Of a DNA stretch of 48,517 nucleotides, positions 44,543-48,517 are shown in pieces. Positions within the stretch are counted from its first letter, which is position 1, and every line of letters begins with the position of its first letter. The notes beneath the pieces are model-generated. The model did not search any database. It saw only the letters and a program-made list of their open reading frames with translations, and was not told where the DNA came from. The translations under genes and the position numbers were made by a program. Source of the stretch: Candidatus Aminicenantales bacterium (GTDB taxonomy: Bacteria > Acidobacteriota > Aminicenantia > Aminicenantales > Saccharicenantaceae); the NCBI GenBank assembly GCA_049512315.1, contig JBEKXF010000023.1, positions 1-48,517 of the forward strand. Reading direction: 5' to 3'.

Positions 44543-45331
44543 TCAAGCCGCCGGCCGGCGGCGGCGATCCGTTCGGCCCGGCCGTATCCGCCTCTTTCGG
44601 GAGGCGCTTTGGCGCGCCTTCCCCCCGGCCCGCCGGATGCAGGCCAGGGCGCCGATACGCATCGGCTCGATGAGCGGGACGGGAAGGTCCTTATCTCCGA
44701 GGACGAGCGGGACCTCCGTGCAGCCGGCGACGATGGCTTGAGCGCCCCTTCGGATGAGGCCTGCGGCGACACCGAGGATCGCCCTCCGGGGCGCGCCCAC
44801 CGTGACGCCGGACTTGATGCCCTTGCGGCCGTAGATCGCGTTCATGACCCGCGCCTGGGCGTGGGCGTCGGGGACGAGGACTTCGATGCCGGCCGCCTCG
44901 AAGGCGTCGTGGAAGATCCGCGATCGGACGGTTCCGGTCGTGGCGACGAGGCCGATCCTTTTCATCCCAGGGTGACGACCCCTGACCTCTCTGACCGTTT
45001 CTTCGAGGAGGTTGACGACCGGGAGGGGCGATCGCGCCGCGAGGGCGGGGTAGAAATAATGGGCGGTGACGCAAGGGATGACGGCGAAATCGGCGCCCGC
45101 GGCGCGCATCGTCTTGACGCCGCGGATGAGAAAAGGCAGGGGGCTCGGGCCGCCCCGGAGGATGGCCTCGGTCCGGTCCGGGATCTGGGGCAGGCTGCAG
45201 ACGATGACCGGAACATGGTCCTGGTCTCTCGCGGCGCGCGTGCTCTTGACGAGAAGGTCGAAAAAGGACGCCGTCGCCTCCGGACCCATCCCCCCCAGGA
45301 CGCCGATCGTTTTTAGCTTTTGGGGGCTCAT
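44543..45331 (-). CDS. Aspartate/glutamate-family amino acid racemase
   Basis: IGVLGGMGPEAT, DQDH, IPDRT, IPCVTAH, AGCTEVP (two catalytic Cys). Confidence 0.92.
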   Translation of the reverse strand: MSPQKLKTIGVLGGMGPEATASFFDLLVKSTRAARDQDHVPVIVCSLPQIPDRTEAILRGGPSPLPFLIRGVKTMRAAGADFAVIPCVTAHYFYPALAARSPLPVVNLLEETVREVRGRHPGMKRIGLVATTGTVRSRIFHDAFEAAGIEVLVPDAHAQARVMNAIYGRKGIKSGVTVGAPRRAILGVAAGLIRRGAQAIVAGCTEVPLVLGDKDLPVPLIEPMRIGALACIRRAGGKARQSASRKRRIRPGRTDRRRRPAA

Positions 45332-46470
45332 TTGAGAAGGTCCTTGAGCTTGTCGAGCGGAAGAGCTTCCGCCACGTGGCCGTCCTTCCCTTCTATGCGG
45401 CCGGCCTTGAGGAGCGAATTGAGGATGGCTTCCTCGGCGGCCTCGGCCGCGGCCTGGAAGAGCGGGGAAACGCTCTCGTCATTGAGGAGCGTGACCGTGC
45501 GCGTCGGAGACGTCGAGCGGTGGGGGACCCTGACGGAGGCCGCGGTTGAGAAGGCGACGGCAAAGTCGCCGCTGCCGTTCGAGTAGTATCCGCCCGTCCG
45601 GGCGATGCCGAGGAGGGCCCGTTTGGCCAGGCGCTCGAGGTTCCGCGCGTCGAGCGGGGCGTCGGTGGCCACGACCATCAGGCAGGACCCGTCGCCGGCC
45701 GGTTTCGTCCCCCTAGCGGCTGCGGTGCCCGTTTCCTTCTTGTCGAAGGGGACCCCGCGGATCGTCAGGACGCCGCCGAAGTTCGTCTGGGCGAGAACTC
45801 CCACCGTCCAACCGCCCCGGCTTTCGGGCAGACGGCGCGAGGCCGTTCCGATGCCGCCCTTGTAGCCGAAGCACGTCGTCCCCGTCCCGGCCCCGATCGC
45901 GCCCTCATCGACAGGACCCTCCGACGCCTTCCGGATCGCCTCCAGAACGTGGGCCTTGGTGACGTGCCGGCCGCGGATGTCGTTGAGCCAGCCGTCGTTA
46001 GTCTCGCCGACGATCGGGTTGACCGACTCGACGCGTTCGTTTCCGGGCAGACCGAGCGTCCAATCGATGAGCGCGTCGGCGGCCGTCGGCACGCTCAATG
46101 TGTTGGTCAGGACGATAGGTGTCTCGATCGTCCCGAGCTCCTTAACTTGGGGCAGGCCCGTGAGCTTGCCGTAGCCGTTGGCGACGGAGATCCCGGCTGG
46201 GACCTTATCCTGGAAGATGTTGCCGTCATGGGGCAGGACGGCGGTGACGCCGGTCCGGACGGCCTTGCCCTCGATGAGGGTCAGCTGGCCGACCTTGACG
46301 CCCGCAACGTCGGTGATGGCGTTCAGCGGGCCGGGAGGGAGGACGCCGACCACGAGGCCGAACTCCCGGGCCCGGGGCCTTTCCCGGACAGACCCGAGGA
46401 CGGCTCCGATGAGGATGAGCATCAAGGCAAGGGGGAGGACGACAGGCATCGGCTTTTCCTTCGCGAACAT
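45328..46470 (-). CDS. DmpA / P1 (S58) L-/D-aminopeptidase
   Basis: NAITDVAGV, ETPIVLTNT, GETNDG.LND, GAGTG..CFGYKGGIGTASR, autoprocessing DG|S, GSGDFA. Confidence 0.9.
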   Translation of the reverse strand: MFAKEKPMPVVLPLALMLILIGAVLGSVRERPRAREFGLVVGVLPPGPLNAITDVAGVKVGQLTLIEGKAVRTGVTAVLPHDGNIFQDKVPAGISVANGYGKLTGLPQVKELGTIETPIVLTNTLSVPTAADALIDWTLGLPGNERVESVNPIVGETNDGWLNDIRGRHVTKAHVLEAIRKASEGPVDEGAIGAGTGTTCFGYKGGIGTASRRLPESRGGWTVGVLAQTNFGGVLTIRGVPFDKKETGTAAARGTKPAGDGSCLMVVATDAPLDARNLERLAKRALLGIARTGGYYSNGSGDFAVAFSTAASVRVPHRSTSPTRTVTLLNDESVSPLFQAAAEAAEEAILNSLLKAGRIEGKDGHVAEALPLDKLKDLLK

Positions 46471-46565
46471 CTCGCCTTCATCATACGAAGACCCGCTAAA
46501 AATAACAAGCGGCGGACGGGCCGGGCAGCTTGAGCCCGGCCGGAGTTTTTGGTATGACTGAGACC

Positions 46566-47267
46566 ATGACCGAAGGTGGCCTGGGTTTCCTTGCTGACCC
46601 GCGGCTCGCGGCAATGGGCTGGCTCGTCCACGGTTTCGGAAATGCCGGATGGAGCGAGGCGGACTTCCTGGACTCCGCGGCGTCGAAAGGGCTGCGGCCG
46701 GTGATCATGCGCCAGGTCCACTCCGACGTCATCCACCGCCTGGAGGTGGCGCCGGCCGGGAAGCTCGAGGGCGACGCGCTTATGACGAATGTCCCCGGCC
46801 TCCTGCTGGTCGTCAGGACCGCCGATTGCCTTCCCGTTCTTCTTGCGGACGAAAAAAGCCGGGCCGTCGCCTCGGTCCATTGCGGCTGGCGCGGGACCCG
46901 GGTCAGGGTCCTGGAGCGGGCCGCCCGGGAGATGGGCCGGGCCTACGGGACCGAACCGGCCCGTCTCGTGGCCGCCCTCGGCCCCTGCATCGGCCCGGCC
47001 TGCTACGAGGTCGGTCCTGAGGTCAAGGAGAGCTTTGGCGCCGCCGGATTTCCGGCGGAGGTGTTCGAGCCCGTCGCTGACAGGCCCGGTAAGTCCCTCC
47101 TGGACCTGCGAGGGGCTAATGCCTGGCTGCTTCAAGGCCTCGGCGTGAAAAAGACGAACATCTGGACCGCCGAGGCCTGCACGCACTGCGACCCCGGCCT
47201 TCTTTCCTATCGCCGCGACAAGGGCGAGCCCCGCCGCATGTACAACTTCATCGGTATCCGTCCTTGA
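46566..47267 (+). CDS. pgeF: YfiH/PgeF-family (laccase-domain) protein
   Basis: QVHS, GDAL.T, TADCLPV, HCGWRG, GPCIG..CYEVG, CT.C....SYRR. Confidence 0.9.
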   Translation: MTEGGLGFLADPRLAAMGWLVHGFGNAGWSEADFLDSAASKGLRPVIMRQVHSDVIHRLEVAPAGKLEGDALMTNVPGLLLVVRTADCLPVLLADEKSRAVASVHCGWRGTRVRVLERAAREMGRAYGTEPARLVAALGPCIGPACYEVGPEVKESFGAAGFPAEVFEPVADRPGKSLLDLRGANAWLLQGLGVKKTNIWTAEACTHCDPGLLSYRRDKGEPRRMYNFIGIRP

Positions 47268-47329
47268 AGCCCGCCGGGTTGCTTTTTCGGGGCGATTTCG
47301 CTATCCTTAACGGGTCACAGGAGAGATTC

Positions 47330-48223
47330 ATGGAACGCACGATCGGCGATATCGATCTGGTCGGCATTCCGCTTTTCAAGAAGGGGAAGGTCCGCAATGT
47401 CTACGAGATCGACGACAAGCTCCTGATCGTCGCCACGGACCGCATCTCCGCGTTCGATTGGGTCCTCCCGTCGCTCATCCCGTTCAAGGGAAAGGTCCTG
47501 ACGCAGATCTCGAGATTCTGGTTCGATTTCGTCGCCCTGGCCTGCCCCAACCACCTGATCGCGACCGAGGCCGGCGATTTCCCGGCCGTCCTTCAGCCGT
47601 TCAAGGACATCCTCGACAAGCGCTCAATGCTCGTCCGCAAGACCAGCGTCGTCCCGATCGAGTGCGTCGTCCGGGCCTACCTCTCCGGTTCGGGATGGAA
47701 GGAATACAAGACGGCGGGCAAGATCTGCGGGATCAAGATCCCCAAGGGCCTCCGGGAATCCGACAGGCTCGAAGAGCCCATCTTCACGCCCTCCACCAAG
47801 GCGGAGCAGGGCCACGACGAGAACATCTCTTTCAAAGAGGTCCAGAAGCTCATCGGGGCCGCCCTGGCCCAGAAGATCCGGAAGGTCAGCCTCGAGGTCT
47901 ACCAGAAGGCCGCCCTCTACGCCGTCTCCAAGGGGATCATCATCGCCGACACGAAGTTCGAGTTCGGGCTCATCGGCGACGAGCTCGTCCTCATCGACGA
48001 GATCTTCACCCCCGACTCTTCCCGGTTCTGGCCGCTCGCGACCTACGCGCCGGGAAAATCCCAGCCCAGCCTGGACAAGCAATTCGTCCGGGAATATCTG
48101 GAGACCACGGGCTGGGACAAGAACTCCCCGCCGCCCGTCCTCCCCGCGGACATCGTCGCCAAGACGTCCGAGAAATACCTGGAGATCTACCGGCTCCTGA
48201 CAGGCCAAAATGACCTCGGATGA
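47330..48223 (+). CDS. purC: SAICAR synthetase
   Basis: KGKVRNVY, TDRISAFD, IECVVRAYLSGSGW, FTPSTKA, ADTKFEFG, DEIFTPDSSRFW. Confidence 0.97.
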   Translation: MERTIGDIDLVGIPLFKKGKVRNVYEIDDKLLIVATDRISAFDWVLPSLIPFKGKVLTQISRFWFDFVALACPNHLIATEAGDFPAVLQPFKDILDKRSMLVRKTSVVPIECVVRAYLSGSGWKEYKTAGKICGIKIPKGLRESDRLEEPIFTPSTKAEQGHDENISFKEVQKLIGAALAQKIRKVSLEVYQKAALYAVSKGIIIADTKFEFGLIGDELVLIDEIFTPDSSRFWPLATYAPGKSQPSLDKQFVREYLETTGWDKNSPPPVLPADIVAKTSEKYLEIYRLLTGQNDLG

Positions 48224-48517
48224 GCGAACTGGTCGATTTCCACATTCATTCCAACCGGAGCTGTGACGGCGATTTTTCGCCGGCCGAGCTCATCGGCTTC
48301 GCCCGGGAGAAGGATTTCAGGGCCATTTCCATCGCCGACCACGATACCGTGGCCGCCTATCCCGAGGCCATGGACCTCGGCCGGGAAGCCGGGGTCGAGG
48401 TCATCCCCAGCATCGAGGTGACGACGCTCTACGCCGGGCGGGAGTTCCACCTCCTCCTCCCGTTCGTCGACTGGGAGAGCGCGGCAATCGCGGCGATCAT
48501 CGAGAGCCAGACCCGCT
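48220..48517 (+). CDS. PHP-domain phosphoesterase (TrpH/YciV-like), partial
   Basis: MSELVDFHIHSNRSCDG...ISIADHDT...IPSIEVT; ATGA overlap with purC; runs off the window. Confidence 0.88.
   Translation, partial: MSELVDFHIHSNRSCDGDFSPAELIGFAREKDFRAISIADHDTVAAYPEAMDLGREAGVEVIPSIEVTTLYAGREFHLLLPFVDWESAAIAAIIESQTR

Overview
High-GC bacterial chromosomal segment. The gene content suggests an anaerobic, diderm sugar and peptide fermenter, possibly Aminicenantes-like, but this is inference only. The window opens inside the left end of an IS30-family element. Then come a sugar-utilisation cluster (GH146/GH127, a large unassigned secreted glycosidase candidate, GntR, URO-D-like protein, PGI, HGSNAT-like), a lipase-glpK pair, and a two-component system with PepSY-like and YncE-like periplasmic proteins and an RND pump that share a palindromic operator. 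A patchwork of accessory genes and remnants follows (REP-like pair, frameshifted OMP, MerR/TipAS regulator with a decayed duplicate, YaiO fragment, MacAB-TolC, integrase remnant), ending at tRNA-Val(CAC). Right of the tRNA are mostly housekeeping genes (metallophosphoesterase, lipA, rpsU, racemase, DmpA, pgeF, purC, PHP). No CRISPR array, rRNA, reverse transcriptase or intact prophage was seen. The best leads are: lipA with no canonical start codon (candidate ACG start), the CTGAA-N6-TTCAG regulon, repeated leaderless-type promoters, a four-fold 11-bp Pho-box-like array, the novel glycosidase candidate and a TipAL/TipAS-like internal start. All family calls come from motif recognition, not database searches.
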